Shown here: in pieces, positions 9,607 to 20,146 of the stretch
Position numbering within the stretch: the stretch's first letter is position 1
Layout: every line of letters starts with the position of its first letter
Source: an uncultured bacterium
GTDB taxonomy: Bacteria; Chloroflexota; UBA5177; JANWHV01
Direction: 5' to 3'
Assembly (NCBI GenBank): GCA_963827235.1
Contig: CAWHAE010000020.1
Location: forward strand, 1-64,000
DNA: 64,000 nucleotides
The notes under the pieces: model-generated
Database searches by the model: none
Told to the model about the DNA's origin: nothing
Seen by the model: the letters and a program-made list of their open reading frames with translations, nothing else
Program-made: the position numbers and the translations under genes

Positions 9607-11679
9607 GTGACAAAGCGATCATTGTCGGTCGACCGGCTGAAGCTGGGTGTCTGCTACTATCCAGAGCAATGGGATGAAGCGCGCTGGCCGGACGATTTCT
9701 GCCGCATGCGTGAGCTCGGCTTGTCGCTGGTACGCATGGGCGAATTCGCCTGGACGATCTTCGAGCCGAGGGAAGGCCGGTTCAGCTTCGACCTCTTCGA
9801 CCGCGCCCTGGATCTCGCCGGCCAGCACGATCTGGCCGTGATTCTGGGTACGCCTACCGCGACTCCACCGGCGTGGCTGACCCACAGGTACCCCGACACG
9901 CTCAACGTCTCGCGGGACGGCGTCCAATACCAGCACGGCCAACGCCGGCATTACAACTACAATGCCTCCATCTATCGCGATCTCTCGGCTCGAATAGTGA
10001 CGCAGATGGCCGAGCACTACCGGGACCATCCCGCCGTCGTGGGCTGGCAGATCGATAACGAGATCAACTGCGAGATGAACGTCTTTTATTCGGCGGCGGA
10101 TCACGCGGCCTTCCGCACGTGGCTTCACGCCCGCTACGGCAGCCTGGAGCGATTGAATCAGGCCTGGGGTACGGTGTTCTGGAACCAGACCTACACCGAC
10201 TGGGACCAGGTGCACCTGACCAGGCCGACCGTCAGCGATTCGCCAAACCCGCACCAGGCGTTGGACGAGAAGCGCTTCATCTCGGATAGCGCTGCCTCGT
10301 TTGTCAAGTTGCAGGCGGATATCCTTCGCCACCTGGCGCCGAAGCAGTGGATCACGACAAACGGACTATTCGGCCATCTCGACAGTCATCGCATGGCGGA
10401 AGACTCGCTGGATTTCCTTTCCTACGACTCCTATCCCAGCTTCTCGACCATCCTTCCGGAAGACGGATCGGTGCTGGCCGGCGGCAGGCAGTGGAGCCTG
10501 AATCTGAGCACCGTGCGCGACGTCTCGCCGCGCTTCTGCGTGATGGAGCAGCAGTCCGGGGCCAACGGCTGGGTCAATCGGATGAATGCTCCTTCGCCCA
10601 AGCCGGGACAGCTCCGCCTGTGGACCTACCAGAGCGTCGCCCACGGAGCCGATGCGGTGCTCTACTTCCGCTGGCGCACGGCAGCCATGGGAACCGAGAT
10701 CTACTGGCACGGCATCAACGATTGGTCCAACCTGCCCAACCGCCGCGTGGCGGAGGTGCAGCGCGTTGGCGCGGAGTTTGCATCCGTGGGCGATCTCGTG
10801 GCAGGCACCGAGTTCCAGGCAACCGTGGGCATGCTGAGAGACTACGACAACGAGTGGGATGGCGAGCTGGACTCCTGTTACGGACCGCTGGCACGCCGTA
10901 GCACCGGCGCCTGGTACAAGGTCCTCCAGCACCGGCACATACCCGCCGACGTCGTCTGCCTGCGCCCGGGAGCTCGGCCAGACGATCTCGCCCGGTACCG
11001 CCTTCTCGTCTACCCGCACCCGGCAATCATGACGGAGCAGACTGCGGCAGTGCTGTCGGAGTACGTGCAGGGCGGTGGCCGCCTTGTTTTCGGCTGTCGA
11101 AGCGGCTACAAGGACGCCGAAGGACATTGCCCGATGCAACAGATGCCGGGCCCAGTCGCGGACCTGTGCGGCGTGCGCGTGGAAGACTTCACGCTGATCG
11201 GACCGCGCCACAAGGCACCGGCGCTCGTGTGGGCCGACGACGTCAAGGGCGCGCCGGCCACGGCGGACGGCTTCAACGACATACTGGCCGTCACCTCCGG
11301 CGACGCGGCAGTGCTTGCCCGCTACGCCGAGGACTACTATGCCGGGTCCCCGGCCCTCGTTTGCAACCGGCGGGGCGCCGGCGCTGCCTACTACTACGGC
11401 GCAGCCTTCTGCGATGCCGTTGCGGAGGCCCTGCTCGATCACTGCGGCGTGACATCGCCGGCAGAGGGTTTGATGACCCTGCCGCCCGAGGTCGAGCTCT
11501 GTATTCGCCGGTCGCCCAAGAGCGGCGCGAGCCTGTGGTTTCTGCTCAACTACTCGGGCAGCGCGCAGCCGCTCGAGCTCCACGGCGGCTACATCGATGT
11601 CCTGAGCGGCCAAGCGGTCGGCGGCAGTACCACCTTGGCGCCCTACGACGTGATAATTCTGCGGCAGGAGGGTAGCTGA
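9607..11679 (+). CDS. Beta-galactosidase, GH42
   Basis: GVCYYPEQW, RMGEFAW, GTPTATPPAW, WQIDNE, VMEQQSG, YFRWR; trimerisation domain. Confidence 0.95.
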   Translation: MTKRSLSVDRLKLGVCYYPEQWDEARWPDDFCRMRELGLSLVRMGEFAWTIFEPREGRFSFDLFDRALDLAGQHDLAVILGTPTATPPAWLTHRYPDTLNVSRDGVQYQHGQRRHYNYNASIYRDLSARIVTQMAEHYRDHPAVVGWQIDNEINCEMNVFYSAADHAAFRTWLHARYGSLERLNQAWGTVFWNQTYTDWDQVHLTRPTVSDSPNPHQALDEKRFISDSAASFVKLQADILRHLAPKQWITTNGLFGHLDSHRMAEDSLDFLSYDSYPSFSTILPEDGSVLAGGRQWSLNLSTVRDVSPRFCVMEQQSGANGWVNRMNAPSPKPGQLRLWTYQSVAHGADAVLYFRWRTAAMGTEIYWHGINDWSNLPNRRVAEVQRVGAEFASVGDLVAGTEFQATVGMLRDYDNEWDGELDSCYGPLARRSTGAWYKVLQHRHIPADVVCLRPGARPDDLARYRLLVYPHPAIMTEQTAAVLSEYVQGGGRLVFGCRSGYKDAEGHCPMQQMPGPVADLCGVRVEDFTLIGPRHKAPALVWADDVKGAPATADGFNDILAVTSGDAAVLARYAEDYYAGSPALVCNRRGAGAAYYYGAAFCDAVAEALLDHCGVTSPAEGLMTLPPEVELCIRRSPKSGASLWFLLNYSGSAQPLELHGGYIDVLSGQAVGGSTTLAPYDVIILRQEGS

Positions 11680-11777
11680 GGCTGACGTCCGCGCGTCCGG
11701 CGACTCGCTTGCATACCGGGGCGCCATGACGTGGCGGTGTCGGACAGCGTCCCGCCGCGCCTCTTCTCGACAGACGG

Positions 11778-12944
11778 CTAGACCAGCTGCTTCCCCGGGT
11801 CGAGGGGCAGTCGCACGGGCCGGCCGTGGTCGACGGACGACTGGCGCAAGGCGACGATGATCTCCTGGTCCAGGCGAGCCTGTCTTGCTCCGTAGCTGGG
11901 CTCCATGCCCTCTCGCACCGCCTTCACCAGGCTGAGCAGGCAGCCGGCCACGCCGATCTCGTCGTCGTGCCACTGCGCGCCGTGCCGTTGCATTGCCTCG
12001 AGACACGGGTTGTCCCAGCGTACTGTAGGCAGTGCTGGATTCCCGGTGTGCGCGATCAGGGCGACCAGGGCACCGCCGTCCACGCGCTCGAGTCTCCGCT
12101 CGACCGTGACAAACTGCGGTGCGTCCGATCCCGGTGCCAGCCACGAGAGCTCCTCGTGTGCAGTCAGACCAGCACTAACCGTGATCCCCATGCCCTTCTC
12201 GGCCAGGAAACGGCTGCTGCGCCACCAGCGGATCGCGGAGTCATATCCCACGTCGGTCCAGTGGAAGATGCCCAGCCTTCCGTCGACGAACTCCACGATG
12301 CCGTGCTCCTGCGTCTCTGTCCGGGCGCCGGAAGTGTGCTCGAGCCGGCTCCAGTGCGGCGTCAGGTCGTATGCGCGGACGGCGCCAGTTACCTGCACGG
12401 GCACGGCGTCGAAGCCGAGGTAGCTGCGCAGCACGCTGACACCGTGATAACCGTGCCCGGCGAAGTCGTTGAAGGAGGTATACACGCGGCCAAACAGGCC
12501 GCAGGCGATCAGGGCCAGCTTGAGCTGCTCGAGGGGCCGCCGATGAAACTGCTCGGCCACCTCGATCTTGACGCCGTTTCGTCGTGCCGCCTCGATGATG
12601 GCGTCTGCCTCCACCAGGCGGTGAGCGATAGGCGTCTCCAACAGCACGTGCAAGCCATGCTCGACGGCCGACAGTCCCACGACGCCGTTCGCATCGGATG
12701 CGACGGAGACGATCCCAATCTCGGGCGCCGTCTCCGCCACCAGCCGGTCGAGATCGGCATACCACGGCACCTGGAGGCAGTCGCCAAGGCGCCGGGCTGG
12801 CTCGACGCTGCGTCCCCAGACGCCTACGAGCTCTACCTCATCCCGAAGAACCCTGGTGATCGGTCCGTACATGTAGGCGCTTCGCGCCGCCGTACCAAGG
12901 ATTGCTACCCGAAGTGGCCGCCGGACTTTCGCTTCCACTGTCAC
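11778..12944 (-). CDS. Gfo/Idh/MocA family oxidoreductase
   Basis: LRVAILG Rossmann start, GLHVLLETPIA, GYHG. Confidence 0.88.
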   Translation of the reverse strand: MTVEAKVRRPLRVAILGTAARSAYMYGPITRVLRDEVELVGVWGRSVEPARRLGDCLQVPWYADLDRLVAETAPEIGIVSVASDANGVVGLSAVEHGLHVLLETPIAHRLVEADAIIEAARRNGVKIEVAEQFHRRPLEQLKLALIACGLFGRVYTSFNDFAGHGYHGVSVLRSYLGFDAVPVQVTGAVRAYDLTPHWSRLEHTSGARTETQEHGIVEFVDGRLGIFHWTDVGYDSAIRWWRSSRFLAEKGMGITVSAGLTAHEELSWLAPGSDAPQFVTVERRLERVDGGALVALIAHTGNPALPTVRWDNPCLEAMQRHGAQWHDDEIGVAGCLLSLVKAVREGMEPSYGARQARLDQEIIVALRQSSVDHGRPVRLPLDPGKQLV

Positions 12945-13181
12945 AGACTGCTCCCCCGTATCCTGACACCCTGACTCACCTGAATTGCACTCGTCCCGAT
13001 CGGGCGGCCGGCGGTGTCGCGCATCTCATCCGCCTTGTAGTTTCCCACGCACGGGTCCCGGCGTGGTGGACGAGAGGTATACGATCTGGCCGAGATCACG
13101 TCGCCGCCGGACTAATCCCGCGCGGCGTCCCGCCCGGCCGCTTTCACTGCGGATTACCGCCCACGCCCTGACTGCAACGCG

Positions 13182-14096
13182 TTAGCGGCGCCTCACGATT
13201 GCCGGGTGCTCCTCACGCGACTGTAGGCGCAGATGGAGCGCGATCGTGCCTGCCAGCCAGAGTCCGGCGAACAGGTAGGCACCAAGCACGTCGCTGGCCC
13301 AGTGCTCGCCGAGGTACACTCGCGACGGTCCAACAAGAAGTACGAGCAGAGCGAGCATCCCAAGCGTGAAGCGGCGCACCATCCCTCCGCGCCCACTGAC
13401 CAGGATCGCGTAGAAGGCGAAGCCGAACAACGTCGTGTACTCGGTTACATGGCCAGAGGGAAAGCTGTAGCCGCTCAGATGTCCGGCAAGCGTGATACCC
13501 GATCCGGAGGGGCGGGCGCGTGCGACGATCAGCTTGATCGCGCCTGCAACTACTCCGGCGAGCATAGAGGATGCCACGGCAAGCATCGCTTCTTGCTCCA
13601 TGCTGCCGGCGGCGAGTCCCATGAAGACCACCGCATATGACACGAAGTTGAGCGGCACGAATCCCAGATCGCTCGCATGGGTGAGTACCCAGTTGTACAG
13701 CGGCGAATGGATGGACTGCACCGCGCGCGTGATGTGCCGATCCATGGGCAGCAGAACAGCACCCCGGTGCGCAAGCAGGGCAAGCACCAGGAATGCGACG
13801 GCGGCCGCGACCGCCAGGCAGCCATGGATAGGCACAGATCTCCGGTGGCGCGGTTCAACTCGAGCTTGGAGCCACCGGCTGGGCTCGATCTCTCCGCGGG
13901 CGGTGTCCGGTCCGCCGGTGACCGTACGTGCCGGATGCCCGCTTACTGGGCCGGCCGGCACCGCCGGTCGGGCGCGTCCGCGTGGATGCACCAGAGATCT
14001 GTCGCAGTCGGTTTGGTCGCGCTCGGCCGGCGCCGTCGAGGTCATACGGCCGTCCCAGCCAATGACGCAGGGCATCGAGTGGTAGGGACGGAACAC
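13182..14096 (-). CDS. PAP2 family membrane phosphatase
   Basis: KLIVARARP, SFPSGH, SRVYLGEHWASDV; true start probably downstream of 14096. Confidence 0.9.
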   Translation of the reverse strand: MFRPYHSMPCVIGWDGRMTSTAPAERDQTDCDRSLVHPRGRARPAVPAGPVSGHPARTVTGGPDTARGEIEPSRWLQARVEPRHRRSVPIHGCLAVAAAVAFLVLALLAHRGAVLLPMDRHITRAVQSIHSPLYNWVLTHASDLGFVPLNFVSYAVVFMGLAAGSMEQEAMLAVASSMLAGVVAGAIKLIVARARPSGSGITLAGHLSGYSFPSGHVTEYTTLFGFAFYAILVSGRGGMVRRFTLGMLALLVLLVGPSRVYLGEHWASDVLGAYLFAGLWLAGTIALHLRLQSREEHPAIVRRR

Positions 14097-14482
14097 TCCG
14101 GGAAGCAGCTATGCAAACAACTTGCCTGTCATCAGATAGTGTGGATCCTCAAGGGATCGACGCCTGCCGGGCGCGGATCTACGACCGCGCCGGCCTGCCC
14201 CCGGATCCCCACTCTCATTGTAGAGCGCAACCGGCAGGTACCGTGCGAACCGGCTCCCGCGCTTGCACATCGCGCCGGGATCAGTCGCGCCAGATGCTGG
14301 CGGCGCCGCTGACGCGCTCGTCATCGCGCTCGCAGCGCCCGCCTTCCGTCATGTCCGCCCGTCGCCCGGTCGCCACACACCGGCCCTCTGCCGGTGCGGG
14401 GCCTGCGAGCCGGCCGCAGCCAGACAGGCCAGGCGTGGCTGGCCGCCTGGCATGCGGACGGGCAGCCGTTCGCCGTGCGTTC

Positions 14483-15496
14483 CTATCTCAGCGTCGCCAA
14501 TGCCTCGGCGACCGGGAGCCGCGTCTCGCCGACTACGATTCGCCTGTGGTTGAGCACGGGCGGCTTCACGAACTGATGCAGGCGGTCGGGCACGCCGCCC
14601 GGGAAGACGCCCAGAGCCTCGAGGATGGCGATGACCACCGCGCCGATGCCGTCGGGTCTCCCGCTCTCGAACTTGACGGCAACGCCTAGGCCCAGCGCGG
14701 GTAAGGCCACGCAACGCAGGCCCTCGGCACCGCCCTTGGCCACGATGGCGCCGGGAAGGCTCCGCATGAGCACTGTGTCGAACTGGTCGGTGCCTGCCAC
14801 GAGCCACGGCTCGGCCATCATGGCGGACCTGATGCGTCCCAGCACAGGTCCGAGGTCGCCGGGCAGACTGCCGACGTCGGCGATTCGAGCATAACAGCGC
14901 GCGATGGCCTGCATGGAGAGGGCGAAATTCGGCGCGCTGCAGCCGTCGACGCCTGTCAGCACGGAATCAGCAGGGACACCGGCGCAGATCGACACGATCT
15001 CCAGAATGCGCTTCTGCACGGGATGATCGGGTGCCAGGTAAGACTCCACCGGCGCACCCATGGCCACCGATGCCGCCAGCATGCCCGCGTGCTTGCCCGA
15101 ACAGTTGTTGTGCATCGGCGTGGGAGCAAGCCCTGCCGCGGCAAGCCGCAGACCTTCCTCGTGCCAGAGTGGGTGCGTGCCGCAGCCCAGCGCCTCCGGC
15201 CCGAGTCCCGCGCTCTGCAGGGTTGCCAGCGCGGTTCGCACATGCTCCGGCTCGCCGCGATGAGAGCCGCAGGCGAGGGCGATATTGGCGTCCTGTAGCG
15301 CAAACCGCTCGACGGCGCCGGACATCACCAGCGCACAGGCCTGCATGGGTTTTGCTGCCGAGCGGAGGAAGGTAACGTGATCGGGGTTCCCGGCGGACCA
15401 TCGCACGGCGCCGCTTGCGTCGGCAACCACACAATGGCCCCGCTCCAGACGTTCGATGGTACCGTTGCGAGTCGACGCGAGTAGGGGCGCAGCCAC
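14483..15496 (-). CDS. L-asparaginase II (Rhizobium AnsA / class 3 type)
   Basis: RSAAKPMQA, ACGSH, HNNCSGKHAG, DGCSAP, AKGGAEG motifs. Confidence 0.92.
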   Translation of the reverse strand: MAAPLLASTRNGTIERLERGHCVVADASGAVRWSAGNPDHVTFLRSAAKPMQACALVMSGAVERFALQDANIALACGSHRGEPEHVRTALATLQSAGLGPEALGCGTHPLWHEEGLRLAAAGLAPTPMHNNCSGKHAGMLAASVAMGAPVESYLAPDHPVQKRILEIVSICAGVPADSVLTGVDGCSAPNFALSMQAIARCYARIADVGSLPGDLGPVLGRIRSAMMAEPWLVAGTDQFDTVLMRSLPGAIVAKGGAEGLRCVALPALGLGVAVKFESGRPDGIGAVVIAILEALGVFPGGVPDRLHQFVKPPVLNHRRIVVGETRLPVAEALATLR

Positions 15497-15782
15497 GCCG
15501 ATTCTCCTTCTTGCACTTGATTCGGGTCGCGCTCATTGTAGCGTCTCCGGTAGCGCCGCGGACAGCAAGGAGGGCCGTCGTATGGACCACGGCGACGGGT
15601 CGCCGCCTGGCGCCCTCGTCGCGAACCGGGCTCAGGTCAACGCACAACGGCATTCGTGCCGGGGCGCGCCGACCCCTCCGGAGGACGTGCGATATACTCA
15701 GACCGACTGAACAACATTGGATCAGCCATAACGGCGAAGGTCCCCAGTGGTGTGGCATACGTTCCACGTGCGGGAGGGTACA

Positions 15783-16472
15783 TTGAGAGTCACGGACGCG
15801 AACTGGATGCAGCTTGCTGAGTACTTGACTCGTGATGACCGCGCGGTAGTGCCGCTGGGCAGCATCGAGCAGCACTGCTATCTGAGCCTGGGAACCGACA
15901 TGATCCTGGCCGAGCGAGTGGCACTCGATGCGGCCGAGCCACTGGGCGTGCCGGTCTTTCCGCCCGTCGCCTATGGCATCACGCCATACTTCCGCGCCTT
16001 TCCCGGCAGCCTGGGTCTGCGTGTATCGACCTATGTGGCCATGGTGCGCGATCTGCTCGATTGCTTGGCGGGACAGGGATTCCGCCGCATCGTGCTCTTG
16101 AACGGCCATGGTGGGAATAGCCCGGCGATCTCGCTTGCCGCGGAATGGATGGCGGATAACCCCTCCGGGAAGGTCGTGGTGCACAACTGGTGGAACGCGC
16201 CTCGCACCTGGAAGGCAGTGCAGGCCGTCGATACGGACGCGGCGCACGGCTCGTGGATGGAGAACTTCCCTTGGACCCGCGTCGCCGTTTCACCGGCCGG
16301 CAAGAAGCCCATGGTGGACCTCGAACGGTTGCGCTGGCTGCCGCCAGCGGCAGTGCGCGAGGTACTGGGAGACGGCAACTACGGTGGCATGTACGAGAGG
16401 CCCGACGAGCAGATGCTCCAGATCTGGCAGGTCGCGGTCGCCGAGACGCGGGAGATCATCGATGGAGTTTAG
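15783..16472 (+). CDS. Creatininase / creatinine amidohydrolase family protein
   Basis: PLGSIEQH, GTD, FPGS, NGHGGN, HGSWMEN; TTG start after GGGAGG. Confidence 0.9.
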   Translation: MRVTDANWMQLAEYLTRDDRAVVPLGSIEQHCYLSLGTDMILAERVALDAAEPLGVPVFPPVAYGITPYFRAFPGSLGLRVSTYVAMVRDLLDCLAGQGFRRIVLLNGHGGNSPAISLAAEWMADNPSGKVVVHNWWNAPRTWKAVQAVDTDAAHGSWMENFPWTRVAVSPAGKKPMVDLERLRWLPPAAVREVLGDGNYGGMYERPDEQMLQIWQVAVAETREIIDGV

Positions 16473-17238
16473 CTTTGCCGGCAGGGTGGCGATCGTTACC
16501 GGGGCGGCTCATGGGTTCGGCCGTGCCATCAGCCTGCAGCTGACGGCGCACGGCGCTCAGGTATGGGCGTGCGATGTGCGCGAGGACGAGGTGACCGAGA
16601 CTGAGCGCCTGTGCATCCACGAGGGCGGCCGGTGCGCGGCGCGAGTGGTAGATGTGTCGCGCGAATCCGACGCCTCGCGCTTCGTCGATGAGGTAGCCTC
16701 CTCGTCCGGACAGGTGGACATCCTGGTGAATAATGCCGGGGGAGTGCTCGGCCAGGTTGGCGTGCCTCTCGAAGATGTCCCGGTCGTGGATTGGCATGCC
16801 ATCTTTGGCGTCAACCTGGACGGCGCATTCTTCATGGCGCGTGCCGTGGCGCCGATCATGAAGCGCCGGCGCTACGGCCGGATTGTCAACATCTCCTCCG
16901 GCGCAGGGCGCAGCGTCAGCCTGACCGGAATTCAGGCCTACGCCAGCGCCAAGGCGGGTCAGATCGGCCTCAGCCGGCAGCTGGCACACGAGCTGGGTCC
17001 CTTCGGTATCACCGTCAACAACATTGCGCCCGGCTTTGTCCTGAGCAACCCGACCACGCGAAAACAGTGGGACTCCTACGGATCAGATGGCCAACAGCAG
17101 CTTGTCGAAAGCCTGGCACTCAAGAAGCTCGGCACGGCCGACGACATAGCCTACGGCGTATTGTTCTTCGCTTCCGACTATGCAGGCTGGTGCACCGGGC
17201 AGGTGCTCAGCATCGACGGCGGCAGCGCCATGTTCTAG
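16462..17238 (+). CDS. SDR family oxidoreductase
   Basis: TGAAHGFG, NNAG, YASAK, IAPG. Confidence 0.94.
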   Translation: MEFSFAGRVAIVTGAAHGFGRAISLQLTAHGAQVWACDVREDEVTETERLCIHEGGRCAARVVDVSRESDASRFVDEVASSSGQVDILVNNAGGVLGQVGVPLEDVPVVDWHAIFGVNLDGAFFMARAVAPIMKRRRYGRIVNISSGAGRSVSLTGIQAYASAKAGQIGLSRQLAHELGPFGITVNNIAPGFVLSNPTTRKQWDSYGSDGQQQLVESLALKKLGTADDIAYGVLFFASDYAGWCTGQVLSIDGGSAMF

Positions 17239-17444
17239 CAGGGCGGCAGCGGGTCGGCTCGTCACTCTGCTGGCCCGAGGTGCGAGTTGCGGGCAGAGGC
17301 ATAGCGCGGGCGGCATGGCTCGGCGGCCTGTACGGGAATGTACGGGACTCGGTCGGAACCTAGCCGGGGACGTAGACACGAGCCTGGCGGCGGGCGTGGT
17401 AGCATTCCCGAGCAGGCGCCGTGCCGTTGAGGACCGGGGGGACA

Positions 17445-18831
17445 GTGCAGCAGACGGCGGAAGACTATCTCCAGGCGAATATGGGTCGCTCGGTGTCCCG
17501 TCTCGTGGAGTTTCTGCGCATCCCCAGCGTCAGTACCGATCCCGCCTGCGCTGGGAACGTTACGGCGGCCGCCAGGTGGGTAGCTGATCGTCTGAACGAT
17601 GCCGGGCTGTCCGGCGTCGAACTCCTGGACACGGGTGGTCATCCAGCGGTGTACGGCGAGTGGCTGGGAGCGCCCGGTCGACCGACGATCCTGGTGTACG
17701 GGCACTACGACGTGCAGCCGCCGGACCCTCTGGACCAGTGGTACTCGCCGCCGTTCGAGCCGGAGATCAGAGACGACCGGATCTATGCGCGGGGGGCAAG
17801 CGACGACAAGGGTCCGGTGTTCATCCCGATCACGGTCGCCGAGGCTTTCCTGACCGCGGAAAGCAGGCTGCCGGCCAACGTGAAGTTCCTGGTCGAGGGA
17901 GAGGAGGAGGTCGGCAGCGCGCATCTCGATGAGCTGATCGCAACGCAGGCGGCGAAGCTGGCCGCGGACTTTGCGCTCAGCGCGGACGGCGCCATGTGGC
18001 GGAGCTCGGAGCCGTCGCTGACCGTAGGCGCCAGAGGCATTGCTTGCCTGAACGTGGAGGTCAGGGGCCCGAGATCGAGATCTGCATTCGGGCCGGCACG
18101 GCGGTGCCGTGCAGAATCCGCTCCACGCTCTGGCTGAGCTGCTGGCCGGTCTTCATCGAGCAGATGGCTCGGTCGATGTCGAAGGGTTCTACTACGGAGT
18201 GGAGGAGCCGACCCCCGTTGAGCGGCAGCGAGTTTCCGATCTTGGTTTCGACGAGGAGTCATACAGAGTGTCGGCCGGCGTCCCGGCGCTGTTCGGCGAG
18301 CAGGGCTACGGCACGCTGGAGAGACAGTGGCTTCGGCCGACTCTGGAAGTGAACGGCCTCTACGGTGGATACCAGGGGCCGGGCTCCAAGACGGTGATCC
18401 CGGCCACCGCGCATGCCAAGCTCTCCTGCCGTCTGGTGCCCGGCCAGGACCCCGAGACCGTACTTCGGCGCGTCACCGCGCATCTGGCGGCCAGTGCGCC
18501 GCGCGGCGTGGAAGTGTTGTGTACGCCGCTCCCCGGCGGCGCGCCCGCCTATCGCCTGGACCCGCGGCACCCGGTACTGGACATAGCCCGCCGGTCGCTG
18601 CGACGCTGCTCAGGCGAAGAGCCGGTCACGGTGATGATGGGCGGCACCGTGCCCGTGGCGAACACCTTTCGCCGGGTGCTTGGCATCGACACGATCTTCT
18701 TCTCGTTCTCAACGGCGGACGAAGACTTCCACGCGCCGAATGAGTTCTTCCGGCTGTCGCGTTTCCGGGAAGGGCTGTCGGCATGGTCGGACTTCTGGCG
18801 TTCGGCAGGAGGTGCAAGTTGGCACGGATGA
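17445..18831 (+). pseudogene. M20 family dipeptidase/amidohydrolase, frameshifted at ~18070-18080
   Basis: YGHYDVQPPDP, RGASDDKG and EGEEE in the first frame; DLHSG..GGAVQNP, SKTVIP and HAPNE in the second. One extra base in CCG AGA TCG A GAT CTG CAT. Could be a sequencing error. Confidence 0.85.
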
Positions 18832-19859
18832 GCCTGACCATTGTAGGAGCCGGGGCGATCGGCGGTACGTTGGGTGCCTACCTGGCTCGAGCCGGCACGC
18901 CGGTGCTGCTGGTCGACCAGGACGAGGACCACGTCGCGGCGATGCAGGCTCGCGGGCTGACCATCCAGGGCTTCGCCGAGACATTCACCACGAAGGTTAC
19001 GGCGTGCACGCCTCGCGAGTTGTCCGGCCCACTCGACACCGTGCTGCTGGCCGTCAAGTCCCAGCATACGGAGAGTGCACTGCGGGTAGTCGCGCCCCTG
19101 CTGGCGACGCACTCCTCGGTGGTCTCGCTGCAGAACGGCCTTTGCGAGCGGATTATCGCCGGCAGAATTGGTCCTGAACGGACCGTCGGCTGCTTCGTCA
19201 ATTTCTCTGCCGACTACCTCGAGCCGGGCTTGATACTGTATGGCGGGGCCGGCAGCCTGTACCTGGGGGAGATCGACGGGCGCATCTCCGAGCGAGTGCA
19301 GGTTTTGCAGCGGCTTCTTTCCGCTTGGGGAACGGCAACCGTGACCGGCAATATCTGGGGCTACTTGTGGGGCAAGCTGGGTTACGCCAACATGCTGTTC
19401 GCGACGGCCCTGGCGGACGAGACCATGGCGGACGTCATCGACCGTTACCGCCCGCTCATGGTGGAGCTGGCGGCCGAAGTCTACGCCGTGGCCGACCGCG
19501 AGGGGATCACCGTGGAGCCGTTTGACGGCGTGGAGCCGTCGCTTTACTACCCGGCCGGACAGCGCAGCCTGCCGGCTATCGAGCGATCGCTGGACGACCT
19601 GGTGGCGCGTCGCAGGCGAGATCAGAAGAGCAAGAGCGGCATATGGCGCGACCTGGCCGTGCGCCGCCGCAAGACCGAAGTAGACGAGCAGCTCGGCATG
19701 GCGGTAGAGTCCGGGGCGAGGCACGGTCTGCCCATGCCGCTGACGCGCAGGCTGGTGAGCATGATTCACGATCTCGAGGACGGACGTCGACTGATGGCCT
19801 GGGGCAATCTGGACGAGCTCGAGGCACTCAGGCGCGACACGTACCGGGAGCCCGCCTAG
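18828..19859 (+). CDS. Ketopantoate reductase (PanE/ApbA) family oxidoreductase
   Basis: GAGAIGG, AVKS, SLQNG, LWGKL, SGIWRDL...RKTE. Confidence 0.88.
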   Translation: MSLTIVGAGAIGGTLGAYLARAGTPVLLVDQDEDHVAAMQARGLTIQGFAETFTTKVTACTPRELSGPLDTVLLAVKSQHTESALRVVAPLLATHSSVVSLQNGLCERIIAGRIGPERTVGCFVNFSADYLEPGLILYGGAGSLYLGEIDGRISERVQVLQRLLSAWGTATVTGNIWGYLWGKLGYANMLFATALADETMADVIDRYRPLMVELAAEVYAVADREGITVEPFDGVEPSLYYPAGQRSLPAIERSLDDLVARRRRDQKSKSGIWRDLAVRRRKTEVDEQLGMAVESGARHGLPMPLTRRLVSMIHDLEDGRRLMAWGNLDELEALRRDTYREPA

Positions 19860-19890
19860 CGGTGCATCCCGGTAGAGGAGGAGAGAGCAC

Positions 19891-20127
19891 GTGGCCTATG
19901 TTCGTCGTACCGATGTGGAACGCCTGAGCCCCGACACGGTGCTGTTCCTGGGGCGGCTCGCAGGTCTCGAGCTGCCGCCGGAAGACCTGGATGAGCTGGC
20001 GGAGAGCCTGTCCAGCCAGCTCGCCTCGATCCACACGCTGGCCCGGCTCGAGCTGGCCGGCGTCAATCCAGCCGTGGAGTTCGATCCGCGTTGGCCGGAA
20101 GAGAATGCCGACGACCTGGCAAAATGA
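19891..20127 (+). CDS. Small GatC/AtzG-like amidase partner protein
   Basis: 78 aa, AGAGGAGG RBS, LGRLAGLEL..DL..L...L.SI..L..LEL.GV.P pattern, directly upstream of an amidase. Confidence 0.65.
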   Translation: MAYVRRTDVERLSPDTVLFLGRLAGLELPPEDLDELAESLSSQLASIHTLARLELAGVNPAVEFDPRWPEENADDLAK

Positions 20128-20146
20128 GCGGTAGGAGTCGCGGTTC

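Noticed and set aside
10366-12144. Long antisense/alternate-frame ORFs (also 25284..26861, 33112..34587, 47041..47799)
   Set aside because: Shadow ORFs of well-supported genes in high-GC DNA; no motifs.
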